DNA of 64,000 bases from Dehalococcoidia bacterium (GCA_034423135.1 DAOUJC010000008.1:182611-246610); one strand, 5' to 3'; shown: positions 36,731 through 46,141, numbered from the stretch's first letter. Numbers and translations are program-made. Notes: generated by a model from the sequence alone, not told the origin.

Positions 36731-37288
36731 TCAATTGCTGCGGAGCTCATCCAGGAACTCTTCCAGCACCGCCAGGCCCTTGTCGAGGCCGGTCACGAGC
36801 CAGCCGTTGTCTGCGCGACGCCACAGCGTGAACGCCAGGGTCTCCTCCACGTCAGCCTCATCGCCTCGCTCTAGCGTGAGTGCAACCTCCACGGTCGCGA
36901 CCTGCGCCTCGTCGGCATTCTCGGCTGTTTCGGGGATGCCCTCAGCCAGGTTGTAGAACACCAGGCCGCTGCGTTCCCAGCTGACGTCGTCACCGGCGGC
37001 TTCCAGGGCGCTCGTGAGCGCCTGCGCCAGCTCCCTGCGGCCCTCCACGCGAGTCGTAGCCTGTTCCGGTGCAATGTCTCCCGGCGCGGGGCCAAGCTCC
37101 GACAGCTCCCATCGCTCCAGGGCCTTGTCCGCGTCACCGTTCGCGGCGTCCGACAGGTAGGCCTCGACCACCTCCGCAGGCCCCGCAGCGCCTCCGCAGG
37201 ACGCAAGGAGCAGCGAGAGAGCAGCCGTCGCAAGCAGCGCGAGGACTGAACGGCTAGCCCGAGGCCAGCCGCTCCCTGTACTCGCCAT
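36731..37288 (-). CDS. Acidic lipoprotein of unknown function
   Basis: Signal peptide with lipobox LLLASCGG. Overlaps the purE end by 35 nt. Confidence 0.55.
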   Translation of the reverse strand: MASTGSGWPRASRSVLALLATAALSLLLASCGGAAGPAEVVEAYLSDAANGDADKALERWELSELGPAPGDIAPEQATTRVEGRRELAQALTSALEAAGDDVSWERSGLVFYNLAEGIPETAENADEAQVATVEVALTLERGDEADVEETLAFTLWRRADNGWLVTGLDKGLAVLEEFLDELRSN

Positions 37289-37712
37289 ACGCCCTCTTCA
37301 CGTCGTCGTGCTTGAGTGCCAGGATGGCCGCCGCAAGGTAGGCGGCGTTCCGCGCCCCCCACGAGCCTACCGCCACGCACGCAACGGGTACGCCCGGAGG
37401 CATCTGCACGATCGAGTGCAGCGCGTCCACGCCCCCCAGCTGGCTGGAGGGCAGGGGTACACCTATCACGGGAAGCGTCGACCAGGACGCCATCACGCCG
37501 GGCAGGGCGGCCGAACCGCCCGCGCAGGCTATAATGACCTCAATCCCTCGCTCGGAAGCGTTCTGAGCGTACTCCCGCGCCTTCTCCGGCGTGCGGTGCG
37601 CCGATATTGCCGACAACTCGTTCGAGATCCCCAGATCGTTGAGGACGGTCACGGTGTCCTGCACCATGGGCTCGTCCGACCGGCTGCCTACGACCACTCC
37701 TACCAACGGCAT
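37254..37712 (-). CDS. purE: N5-carboxyaminoimidazole ribonucleotide mutase
   Basis: VGVVVGSRSD, ISAHRTP, and IIACAGGSAALPGVMA motifs. Confidence 0.9.
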   Translation of the reverse strand: MPLVGVVVGSRSDEPMVQDTVTVLNDLGISNELSAISAHRTPEKAREYAQNASERGIEVIIACAGGSAALPGVMASWSTLPVIGVPLPSSQLGGVDALHSIVQMPPGVPVACVAVGSWGARNAAYLAAAILALKHDDVKRAYGEYRERLASG

Positions 37713-37713
37713 T

Positions 37714-38994
37714 TCATGCCCCCTCTTCCGATTTCTGAATTGCTGCTATGTCAGTACGATAGAATCCGCCTTCGAAGCTCACCCTGGCTGCGCCGCGATA
37801 GGCCCTGTCCCGCGCGTCCGACAGGCTGCCGCCCGTGCCCACGACGGTCAGCACGCGGCCGCCCGCTGTCACCGCACCGGCGCCGCCCGGCGCGTCCCTC
37901 GTTCCCGCGTGAAACACCTCACCGAGCTGCCCGGCCTCCGACATGCCCGCTATCGAATAGCCCGTAACGTACGACCCCGGATAGCCGCCCGAGGCCACCA
38001 CGACGCCCACGCAGGCTTCATCGCTCCACTCAATTGGCGTTTCGCTAAGATTCCCATCAAGCACGGCGAGCACAACTTCCGCCAGATCGGTCTTGAGGCG
38101 CGGCAGCAGGACCTGCGCCTCCGGGTCGCCCAGGCGGCAGTTGAACTCTATGACCTTGGGGCCGTCCTCCGTGAGCATCAGGCCTCCGTACAGGATGCCG
38201 CTGAACGGGCAGTCCTCCCAGGCAAGGGCACGCGCCGCCGGAAGCATGATGCGCTCTCGGATTTCCATCTCCAGCGCGTCGTTCCAGAACACAGGCGGGC
38301 TGTAGGCGCCCATGCCACCCGTGTTGGGGCCGCGGTCGCCGTCTTGGGCTCGCTTGTAGTCGCAGGCAGCGGCCAGCGGGGAAACCGACTCGCCGTCCAC
38401 AAACGTGAAGACGCTCACCTCCAGGCCCGTGAGCCACTCTTCAACCAGCACGCGCTCCCCGGACTCGCCGAAGGCCCTATCCACCATGCACTCACGTAAC
38501 GCCTGGAGCGCCTCGTCCTTGGTGCGCGCCACCGTCACGCCCTTGCCCGCCGCAAGCCCATCCGCCTTCACCACCAGGGGAGGGGAGAGCCTGTTTACGA
38601 AGCGTTCCGCTTCCCGGTGCGAGTCGAAAACCTCGGCGCGTCCGGTGGGGATGCCGTGCCTGATCATCAGCTCCTTGGCGAAGACCTTGCTGCTCTCGAT
38701 GCGGGCCGCGGCGGCGGTTGGCCCGAATATGCGCAGGCCCTCCGCCTGAAAGCGGTCCACAATGCCCATCGCAAGCGGGACCTCCGGACCCACGACGGTC
38801 ACGTCCACGCCCAGCTCTCTCGCCGAGCGCAACAGCCCGTCCAGGTCTGTGTCACGCACCGGGACGTTCTCGGCGACTGCCGCCGTGCCTGCGTTGCCCG
38901 GCGCCACGTACAGCGCATCGACAAGCGGGCTGCTGCTCAGCTTCCAGGCGATGGCATGCTCCCGCGCGCCCCCACCGACGACCAGCATCTTCAT
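37714..38994 (-). CDS. purD: Phosphoribosylamine-glycine ligase
   Basis: MKMLVVGGGAREHAIAWKL N-terminus, ATP-grasp core, and a C-terminal GGRVL region. Confidence 0.9.
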   Translation of the reverse strand: MKMLVVGGGAREHAIAWKLSSSPLVDALYVAPGNAGTAAVAENVPVRDTDLDGLLRSARELGVDVTVVGPEVPLAMGIVDRFQAEGLRIFGPTAAAARIESSKVFAKELMIRHGIPTGRAEVFDSHREAERFVNRLSPPLVVKADGLAAGKGVTVARTKDEALQALRECMVDRAFGESGERVLVEEWLTGLEVSVFTFVDGESVSPLAAACDYKRAQDGDRGPNTGGMGAYSPPVFWNDALEMEIRERIMLPAARALAWEDCPFSGILYGGLMLTEDGPKVIEFNCRLGDPEAQVLLPRLKTDLAEVVLAVLDGNLSETPIEWSDEACVGVVVASGGYPGSYVTGYSIAGMSEAGQLGEVFHAGTRDAPGGAGAVTAGGRVLTVVGTGGSLSDARDRAYRGAARVSFEGGFYRTDIAAIQKSEEGA

Positions 38995-39365
38995 CGCATT
39001 CTCCCGGAGGCTCGTCTTCCCTTGGGAGGCGTCATTCGAACGTACTCGATGGCGGTTTTAAGCCAGGGCAAAAGCGCATCGACGCCGTCTTCATCGACTG
39101 AGAATGACACCCAGTCACCGAAACGACGGCCGGGAGTGGGCGTGAAGAGAGAGGCGCTCCCGCTCTCCAGTGCCTGCGTGCGATCGGGTTCGGGGAGCTT
39201 GGTTGCCACTTCGCCAATCCAGTACACGGCAAACATCCGGTCTCCCACGAAGTACCCGTGTCCGCCGAACATCGTTCGAGTGGACACGTCCGTCCAGGAG
39301 AGCAGGACTGCGTCCAAATCGCTCTGGACTGAGGCGTCGTTGGTCATGTGGTCTGCAATGCTCAA
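38991..39365 (-). CDS. TfoX N-terminal-domain-like protein
   Basis: TRTMFGGHGYFVGDRMFAV pattern. ATGA overlap with purD. The start is uncertain (TTG 39365 or ATG 39347). Confidence 0.5.
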   Translation of the reverse strand: MSIADHMTNDASVQSDLDAVLLSWTDVSTRTMFGGHGYFVGDRMFAVYWIGEVATKLPEPDRTQALESGSASLFTPTPGRRFGDWVSFSVDEDGVDALLPWLKTAIEYVRMTPPKGRRASGRMR

Positions 39366-39410
39366 GAGGAGGGAAGCGCTCCAGGTTGCTGCATCGGCTC
39401 CGGCATGTCA

Positions 39411-39442
39411 GACGGCAAGCGACTCTCTGAATCCTTGCCGTC
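39411..39442 (-). other. Perfect 9-bp-stem hairpin in the leader of the tfoX-like/purD/purE transcription unit
   Basis: gacggcaag (39411-39419) pairs with cttgccgtc (39434-39442) across a 14-nt loop. It lies between a candidate promoter and a 14-codon uORF. Confidence 0.35.
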
Positions 39443-39454
39443 GGAGACGCAGCG

Positions 39455-39482
39455 ATTATATCACACGGCTCGTCATCGCCAA
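39455..39482 (-). promoter_or_regulatory. Candidate promoter downstream of herA for the tfoX-like/purD/purE unit
   Basis: Minus-sense TTGGCG (39482-39477), 16 nt, TATAAT (39460-39455). Confidence 0.35.
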
Positions 39483-39510
39483 CGCCTGCGAGCCGACCGC
39501 GCGGCCCTGC

Positions 39511-41148
39511 TCAGCCGCGCCCTCCGAACAGATCGTCGGCGTCGCGCTCCATCTGGCACCGCATCTCGGACGCCTCAAGGAAGCCGAGCTCGCGGTAGGA
39601 ATCCGGCGTGCCATAGTCCCTGACGCGGAGCACCACCGGAATCGGCACCGAGTGGCCGAATACAAGCGACTGCTGCTTGCTGTCCAGGCGGCTCAGCACG
39701 GAGCGCAGCTCCCGCGCGCCGTACGTCCCCGCCGTCACGGCGTCCACGTCACGCTCGTTGTCCAGCAGGCACACCAGCTTTGTGCCCAGCTGGCTCATGA
39801 CCTCCTCATCGATGCCACTGGGGCGCTGGTCGACCACGAGCAGCGTGACGTTGTACTTCCGCATCTCCCGCGCAATGTTGCCAAAGGTGGTCTGGGACGC
39901 AACCTCCCGGCTGAGGAACCTGTGCGCCTCCTCGATGGTAATCACCAGCGGGCGCGGCTCCCGCGAGGCGTCGCCCATCGCCTCCTCCTTGCGCCGAACG
40001 TAGCGCGCGTGTATGCGACGCGTCAGCAGGTTCGCCACCAGCATGTACGCCGACAAATCGTGCCTGTACCGCCCGAACTCAAGCACGACGTGGATGCCTC
40101 TGTCCAGGTAGCGGAGTATCTCCTCGACAGACTCGTCCGACTCCCTCTCGGTTATGAAGTCGAACCGCCGGAACCTGCTCAACCGGTTGTGGAGCGTGGA
40201 CAGCGCTCTCTCGTTGACGTTCAGCTCCGCAGCCAACTCGCGCATCTCCGCGCCGCCAATGTCAAGAAACCGCCTGAACCATCGCTCCTGCCCGTAGTGC
40301 CGCGCCAAGGAGTAGGCGGCATCCGCAGCCACCTCCGAAAGGTTCAGGTTCTCGCGCAGCAGGTCGATGTCCTCCGGCTCTATCTGGTTGTAGCCCACGC
40401 GCAGCAGGTAGTCCGGCGACACTCCTCGCCTGCGGCTGTGGTCTTCGTCCAGCGAGAACACGCCAACCCGTGAAGGGAATAGCTGCTTGATGCCCTTCAC
40501 CATGCCCGTGCCCTCTGACGTGCCCATCCAGCCGTACTCGCTCTCCATGTCGAACACCAGGTTCACCGCCGCGCTCTTCTGCAGGATACCCGCGAGCAGC
40601 AGCCGCGTGAGGAAGCTCTTGCCCGTGCCGCTCTTGCCGAACACGCCGTTGGAGCGCGTCACGAACTCCTCCAAGTCGAGGCAGACCCGCGTCTCCATGT
40701 CCAGCGGGCTGCCAACCCAGAAGTGGCGATTGTCCTCCGCACCAAACACCACCTGCACGTCCTCCTCCGAGGCCAGGCGAACGGGTGCGAAGTGCGGGGG
40801 CACCGTCCGAGCGGGCGTGGGGCCTTCGATCATGGCGAGATCGCCCTCGATCGCCAGCATGGGCAGCACCCTGAGCGTCGAGTAGGCGGCGGAACTGGCA
40901 ACGACGCCCGCGATGAGCGGGTTTGACGTGTCGGGCGGATTGGTCCGGATGGACTCGTCCGACCACTCCAGCGCGATGTCCGTGACCACGCCGTAGAAGC
41001 GGCGGCTCTGCCCCTGAATCACCACGTGCTGCCCCAAGGCCATCTCTTCCACAGCTGCGCCCGGCGAGAGCCGCACGTCTACGCCGCGGGCCATTGAGCC
41101 GCCGACGACGACTCCAAGGTAGCGACCTGAGCTTTCCCGTTCCATCAC
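39511..41148 (-). CDS. herA: HerA-family (FtsK/HerA clade, DUF87) hexameric ATPase/translocase
   Basis: N-terminal barrel-like region (LGVVVGGSMARGVDVRL...RFYGVVTDI). Walker A GVFGKSGTGKSF, Walker B LVITIEEAHRFL, and LLVVDQRPSGID. Paired with a NurA gene in the same operon. Confidence 0.8.
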   Translation of the reverse strand: MMERESSGRYLGVVVGGSMARGVDVRLSPGAAVEEMALGQHVVIQGQSRRFYGVVTDIALEWSDESIRTNPPDTSNPLIAGVVASSAAYSTLRVLPMLAIEGDLAMIEGPTPARTVPPHFAPVRLASEEDVQVVFGAEDNRHFWVGSPLDMETRVCLDLEEFVTRSNGVFGKSGTGKSFLTRLLLAGILQKSAAVNLVFDMESEYGWMGTSEGTGMVKGIKQLFPSRVGVFSLDEDHSRRRGVSPDYLLRVGYNQIEPEDIDLLRENLNLSEVAADAAYSLARHYGQERWFRRFLDIGGAEMRELAAELNVNERALSTLHNRLSRFRRFDFITERESDESVEEILRYLDRGIHVVLEFGRYRHDLSAYMLVANLLTRRIHARYVRRKEEAMGDASREPRPLVITIEEAHRFLSREVASQTTFGNIAREMRKYNVTLLVVDQRPSGIDEEVMSQLGTKLVCLLDNERDVDAVTAGTYGARELRSVLSRLDSKQQSLVFGHSVPIPVVLRVRDYGTPDSYRELGFLEASEMRCQMERDADDLFGGRG

Positions 41149-41738
41149 GGCGCGGCCCTCAGAAGTATGGACTCGACGGTACGGAAGTCGCCGGGGAACA
41201 GAGCAGCCAGCTGCTTGCCTGCGCCGGCCAGGAACGCATGCGGATCCGACTGCGCTGCGACGACGTGCTTCAGGAACGCCGACACCACCTCCTCAAGCGC
41301 GGCCACGCCCGAGCCTGCCAGCAGCCGCAGGCAGTCGGTCGACGACGAGAACGCCGCCGCCTCAGCCGTGGGGCACTCGTGCACGAATGCATATATCGGA
41401 GGCGGCGAGGGCGGTAGGCGGTAGCGCGTCTCGCCTCCATTAACATGTCCCACGATCACCGCGCGGAAGTCCGTGCGTAGCAGGTGCTCAAGCTGAGGGT
41501 TGCTGCGGTACACGTCCTCCTCAGTAGCCTCGTCCTCGCCTCGCACAGTGGGCCTGCGGCTCGGATCGATGCCTCGGGTGGCAACCTCATGCACGACGCC
41601 GTACGCGGGGTAGGGGCCTCCCGTCCTCACGAGTGCGCCAAGGTGCGGCGCGCCGTACAGCCGGTAGCTCTGCGCCACGAATCCGGTGGAGCTGCTCTCC
41701 ACGACCTCGCCCACACGTGCATTGTCGCCTAGAGCCAT
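41145..41738 (-). CDS. 197-aa protein with no NTPase motifs, N-terminal region resembling the HerA HAS-barrel (by eye)
   Basis: ATG 41738 has an AAGAGG SD and overlaps the nurA end by 10 nt. Its stop overlaps the herA start (GTGA). It shares the pattern VGEVVESSSTGF...AYGVVHEV with herA LGVVVGGSMARG...FYGVVTDI. No Walker motifs. Confidence 0.55.
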   Translation of the reverse strand: MALGDNARVGEVVESSSTGFVAQSYRLYGAPHLGALVRTGGPYPAYGVVHEVATRGIDPSRRPTVRGEDEATEEDVYRSNPQLEHLLRTDFRAVIVGHVNGGETRYRLPPSPPPIYAFVHECPTAEAAAFSSSTDCLRLLAGSGVAALEEVVSAFLKHVVAAQSDPHAFLAGAGKQLAALFPGDFRTVESILLRAAP

Positions 41739-42937
41739 TTCAGCCTCTTGCTGCGGTCCTTCAGGGAGGTGTAGACCGGCAGTCGGTGCGCGCCGAGCGC
41801 CGTCTCGACCATCACGCGGAACTCCTCGCGATCTCCGGCGGTGACCACCGCCTGCTCGTGCGCCTCCGATATGGCGACTGGGTAGCCGTGACCCTTCCTG
41901 CACTGGTCGACGAGGCCCGCGTGCACAAGCGACAGCAGACCCGGGGAGTCAGCCACCCACGCGGGAATCTCCACCCTCGCGATCTCCTCGCCAGCGTTCA
42001 TGTAGAAGAAGTGAACGGCGTGATCGCCGTAGAAGCGTTCCACAATTGACGATGTGGTTAGGTTCACGTCCGAACATTCGCCGTAGTCCAGTATCGCCCC
42101 GAAAACGTCCCGGTCCATCACGCCCGCCACGCCGTCGCACGGGCGCCTGCCCGCAGATAGCGACCCGCAGTGCATGTCGCAGTTGGCACGCTCATAAGGG
42201 CAGAGACGTTCGTCCAGGCGCAGGGCGTTCACCACGTCGGTGCTCCGGGGAAGGCTGACGTACGCCGCCAGGGCCAGCGGGCGGTTGCGGGCAAGCTCCC
42301 GCAGCCTGTCCATGGCCGGCAGGAACATGTCGTCGATCAGCGCCGTGCGCACGAACTCCTGGTACGCCTGGCCCGCCAGCGCCCACAGAATCAGCGACCC
42401 GTCGATGAGGGCCAGCGTGGGTATGTCGGAGGGGGACTGCTCCGCGAGATCAGCCAGGGCCCTCAGCTCCTCCACGGCCCGCAGCGCACCCAGCAGGCCG
42501 CCCTCCAGCGCCTGCGTACGGCCGCTGCCTGGGTCGCGCAGGTACATGTCGTCATCTTCGGTGTAGAGGCGCGGCAGGCTTCCTAGCTCCGCCATAGGCC
42601 GCTCGCCGTACCGGATGTGCACGGTGCCGAGATTGATCAGGTAGCACCAGGCCGCCAGGTGCCTGTCCACGTCGATGTGCGAGCCGTCGACGGCCAGCGC
42701 AGCGTAGTCGGACGGCGGGGCAGGGGAGGGGTGGCGTCTCGCCACCGAGCCTCGGAGACCGGCGACAAGGAAGGTCGTCTGACTCCGAGTACGCTTTGCC
42801 TCGATAACGTCGGCCTGTGCAGTCGAGAGGGTGTTCAGGGCCAGCGCCAGACTCGCCTCGCGCTCCGCACGGCGCGCGCTTAGACCGGAGGCCATGCCCT
42901 GGATCTGGCCGGCGATCTTGTGAAGGTCAAGAGACAC
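41729..42937 (-). CDS. nurA: NurA-domain nuclease
   Basis: NurA catalytic-type motifs (LAVDGSHIDV, LALIDGSLILW) and C-terminal GHGYPVAISEAHEQAVVTAGDREEF. GTG start with a GGAG SD, 19 nt after selB. Confidence 0.8.
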   Translation of the reverse strand: MSLDLHKIAGQIQGMASGLSARRAEREASLALALNTLSTAQADVIEAKRTRSQTTFLVAGLRGSVARRHPSPAPPSDYAALAVDGSHIDVDRHLAAWCYLINLGTVHIRYGERPMAELGSLPRLYTEDDDMYLRDPGSGRTQALEGGLLGALRAVEELRALADLAEQSPSDIPTLALIDGSLILWALAGQAYQEFVRTALIDDMFLPAMDRLRELARNRPLALAAYVSLPRSTDVVNALRLDERLCPYERANCDMHCGSLSAGRRPCDGVAGVMDRDVFGAILDYGECSDVNLTTSSIVERFYGDHAVHFFYMNAGEEIARVEIPAWVADSPGLLSLVHAGLVDQCRKGHGYPVAISEAHEQAVVTAGDREEFRVMVETALGAHRLPVYTSLKDRSKRLKWL

Positions 42938-42955
42938 GTTGAAACTCGTCTCCGC

Positions 42956-44818
42956 CTACCGCAGTACCCGGTCGTCGCCCACGCGGCGGGTTATTCGCTG
43001 CTGGTCCAGGTGCTCCAGTAGCGCCAAGGCATACTTCCGGCTGGTGTTGAACCGGTCACGCACCTGTCCGACGTTGATCTTGCCGTTCTCCCTTATGGCT
43101 GCCGTGACGGCGTCCACCATCTCCCTGTACGCCCCCGCCTCATACACCACCACGTCGCTGACACGCACCACACGGCCCTGGTCGACCAGCATCGCGAGCA
43201 GGTCCTCGTCAGGCTCCTCACCTGTGGGCGGCGAGAATGGGTCCGAACGCAGGCGGGCGATGAATCGATCCACAAGCCTGGTTTGCTCCTCGCTGGGCGC
43301 CGCGCTGTGCTCCGGCAGGCGCACCAGCCCCGCATCGTCGGCGACGGCGCCGTCTTCCGCCAGCCTCGCCGCAACGTGCGGGAACTCCTGCGACGACAGT
43401 CCCAGCCTGCTGCGGAGCTCCTCCTTCTGCATGCCGCGGCGCAGCGGGTGCTCCCGATGGTAGGCTCCAAGCGCGTCATTGGCGCGGCCCGACAGCGCGC
43501 TCCAACCGGCTGCGGTGTAGAGCAGAGACCGGGGCTGCAGCGGGCCTGCCGGCAGCGTCACGACCCCGCCATCGGATGCAAGCTGCTCCACCACGCGCAT
43601 TGCCTCCTCCATCGAGAGGTTGGCGCGTCCGGACAGTGTGTCGAGCGTGCACGGCTCAAGGGACCGGATGGCCTGCAGAGCCATCTCGTCGATGCTGCCT
43701 CTCTCCAGCACTTCCAGGCGCTCAAGCGTGGGCGCGTGGCGGCGCCGGTGGCGCTTGGCGTGCGGCTCAACTACGGCACCGCCGCCGAGCGTTGCGTCAG
43801 ACGAACGAATGACGAAGTAGTCGCCCTTGACCAGCGCGAGGGGGTTGTCGAGGCGTACCTGCGCCCAGACCTCGTCGCCGGGCAGCGCCTCGTCGCGCTC
43901 CAGCAGGCGGACGCGCGCGACGCTCTCCGTGGCGCCTGTGTGGAACGTCACGGGCCTGTTGTGCCTCAGGCCGCGCGGCGCGGTGTCCAGGAGGCGGAGT
44001 CGTACGTCCGCGGCGATGGTGGGCCTGAGCCAGCCTGAGATGGTGAGCACGTCGCCGCGCTCGATGTCGTCGTGGGAGACGCCGGACAGGTTCACGGCCA
44101 GTCGTCGGCCGGGCGTCGCCGTGTCCAGCTTCTGCCGGTGGCTCTGCAGCCCGCGGATGCGAGACACGCGGCCAGAGGGCAGAAGCTCCACCTCCATGCC
44201 TACGGAGAGGGAGCCGTCGATGAGCGTGCCGGTAACCACCGTTCCGAAGCCCGGCATGGTGAATGAGCGGTCGACAGGCAGCCGCGGCCTGCCGGTGTCC
44301 CTCCGCGTCTCGGAGGCCTCCAGCAGGCCGTCCACGGCGGTCAGAAGCTCCGGGATGCCCTCGCCCGTTACCGCGGACACGGCCACCATTGGCGCACCCT
44401 CCAGCGTGGTGCCCTCCAGCACGTCCTCCACCTCAGCCATCACAAGCTCCACCATCTCGTCGTCGACCAGGTCGCTCTTGGCGATGACCGCCAGGCCCCT
44501 TTCGACGCGGAGCAGGTCGAGTATCGCCAGGTGCTCACGCGTTTGGGGCATCACCGACTCGTTCGCGGCGATCACCAGCAGGGCCAGATCGATGCCTCCG
44601 ACGCCTGCGAGCATGTGCCTGATGAAGCGTTCGTGGCCCGGAACGTCGACGATGCTGACCTCGCGGCCGCTGGGAAGCGTGAGCCATGCAAACCCCAGCT
44701 CGATGGTGAGGCCGCGTTCCTTCTCCTCGCGGAGCCGGTCCGGGTCGATGCCGGTGAGGGCCTTCACCAGCGTAGACTTGCCGTGGTCAACGTGTCCTGC
44801 CGTGCCTAAAACGTACAT
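42956..44818 (-). CDS. selB: Selenocysteine-specific elongation factor SelB
   Basis: GTPase motifs [18 protein letters not shown], and NESV-type G4. The long C-terminal extension is consistent with the winged-helix SECIS-binding domains. ATG 44818 is chosen as the start; the 27-codon upstream extension is unconserved. Confidence 0.85.
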   Translation of the reverse strand: MYVLGTAGHVDHGKSTLVKALTGIDPDRLREEKERGLTIELGFAWLTLPSGREVSIVDVPGHERFIRHMLAGVGGIDLALLVIAANESVMPQTREHLAILDLLRVERGLAVIAKSDLVDDEMVELVMAEVEDVLEGTTLEGAPMVAVSAVTGEGIPELLTAVDGLLEASETRRDTGRPRLPVDRSFTMPGFGTVVTGTLIDGSLSVGMEVELLPSGRVSRIRGLQSHRQKLDTATPGRRLAVNLSGVSHDDIERGDVLTISGWLRPTIAADVRLRLLDTAPRGLRHNRPVTFHTGATESVARVRLLERDEALPGDEVWAQVRLDNPLALVKGDYFVIRSSDATLGGGAVVEPHAKRHRRRHAPTLERLEVLERGSIDEMALQAIRSLEPCTLDTLSGRANLSMEEAMRVVEQLASDGGVVTLPAGPLQPRSLLYTAAGWSALSGRANDALGAYHREHPLRRGMQKEELRSRLGLSSQEFPHVAARLAEDGAVADDAGLVRLPEHSAAPSEEQTRLVDRFIARLRSDPFSPPTGEEPDEDLLAMLVDQGRVVRVSDVVVYEAGAYREMVDAVTAAIRENGKINVGQVRDRFNTSRKYALALLEHLDQQRITRRVGDDRVLR

Positions 44819-44891
44819 GGGGAAGCTCCCGCGGGGGATGGAATCAGGATAGCACAAGGGCAGGGCAGGGGCAATTTGGGGCGGGCACAGT

Positions 44892-46115
44892 TCACCCAAA
44901 GAACCGCAGGAACACCTCGTTGCCGAGCAGCCGTCCGCGCGCCGTCAGGCGGATCACTCCGTCGTCCCTCTCCAGCAGGCCGATGCCGGTCAGCTCCGCA
45001 AGCTGCTCTCCGAACACTGCGTCCAGGCCCCGGCCGAACCTGCTCTCGAATGTCGCGAGCTCCACGCCCTCGTCGAGCCGCAGCCCCATCATCATGGTCT
45101 CCGCCATCTCCAGCGAAACGTCAACTCGCTCCACGCCGCCCACGACCGGTATACGCCGTATGGTCTCCTCGGACAGGAATACCGGCGCTTCAAGCGCTGG
45201 CGGAGCTTCGGTCATGCGCCTTACGTACTCCCTCGGCGAGGCGAGGTTGTGGAAGCGCCAACGGCCCAGGTAGGAGTGCGCTCCCGGCCCGACGCCAAGG
45301 TAAGGGCCGTTTCGCCAGTAGGTCAGGTTGTGCCGGCTCTCCAGACTCTCCCGCGCCCAGTTCGATATCTCGTAGTGCCGGTATCCCTCTCGCTCAAGCA
45401 GCTCTTCCGCCAGCAGGTACATGTCTGCCGCCAGGTCGGCGTCCGGCTCCGGCAGCGCGCCTACTCTGACCTGCTGCTCCATGGGCGTCCCGTCCTCCAG
45501 CGTGAGGCAGTACAGCGACAGGTGCTCCGGCCCCATCGCCAGCACGCCGTCCAGCGTCTCCCGCCACTGAGCCATGCTCTGGAGCGGCAGGCCGTACATC
45601 AGGTCAAGGTTCACGTTGTCGAAGCCTGCGAGTCTCACTGCGCGGAATGCGTCCGCCACGTCCTGCGCCGTGTGACGCCTGCCGAGCAGCCTCAGCAGTC
45701 CATCATCCAAGCTCTGGACGCCGACGCTCAAGCGGTTGAAGCCCAACCGCGCAAGCGACACCGGCGCGTCGCCGAGCAGGTCGCCGGGGTTCGCCTCCAT
45801 CGTGGCCTCCCCGTCAGGCGTGACCTTGAAGGCCCGCCGGACGGCCGCCAGCACGGTTTCGAGGTCATTCGCAGGGAGGTAGGATGGCGTGCCTCCACCC
45901 ATGAAGATCGTCGTCACGGCTGGCCTGCCGAGCATTTCGCCCCATCGCTCGATCTCCACGGCCAGAGCCTTGACGTAGGCCGGCATCATGTGCTCGATGC
46001 CCGCGTAGGTGTTGAAGTCGCAGTAGGGGCACTTGGTCTCGCAGAAGGGGATGTGAACGTACAGCGAGAGGCTGTGGGGCAGGGAAGTGGTTTCGCTTGC
46101 GGCCTGTGTGTCCAT
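44892..46115 (-). CDS. hemW: Radical SAM HemN-like haem chaperone / oxygen-independent coproporphyrinogen oxidase-like protein (HemW)
   Basis: SLYVHIPFCETKCPYCDF radical-SAM CxxxCxxC motif and a HemN_C-like tail. ATG 46115 is chosen as the start. Confidence 0.85.
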   Translation of the reverse strand: MDTQAASETTSLPHSLSLYVHIPFCETKCPYCDFNTYAGIEHMMPAYVKALAVEIERWGEMLGRPAVTTIFMGGGTPSYLPANDLETVLAAVRRAFKVTPDGEATMEANPGDLLGDAPVSLARLGFNRLSVGVQSLDDGLLRLLGRRHTAQDVADAFRAVRLAGFDNVNLDLMYGLPLQSMAQWRETLDGVLAMGPEHLSLYCLTLEDGTPMEQQVRVGALPEPDADLAADMYLLAEELLEREGYRHYEISNWARESLESRHNLTYWRNGPYLGVGPGAHSYLGRWRFHNLASPREYVRRMTEAPPALEAPVFLSEETIRRIPVVGGVERVDVSLEMAETMMMGLRLDEGVELATFESRFGRGLDAVFGEQLAELTGIGLLERDDGVIRLTARGRLLGNEVFLRFFG

Positions 46116-46141
46116 TGGTACTGCCGGCCCTCCCGCTCCCT

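Noticed and set aside
38617-40473. 618-aa plus-strand ORF. Similar long antisense ORFs occur at 32036-33367, 19836-21032, 21087-22199, 46097-47287, 54843-56186, 56227-57519, 11519-12565 and 12719-13639.
   Set aside because: Each lies antisense to, and fully inside, genes with strong motif support (purD/herA, hisC/hisB, nrdJ, ychF, dapL, dapF, priA). Their translations are Arg/Ala/Gly/Pro-rich with no motifs. This is the expected stop-codon-poor antisense frame of a high-GC genome.
41739-41903. Upstream extension of the middle nurA-herA ORF to ATG 41903 (252 aa).
   Set aside because: The extension is Arg/Gly-rich and overlaps the conserved C-terminus of nurA. ATG 41738 has an AAGAGG SD.
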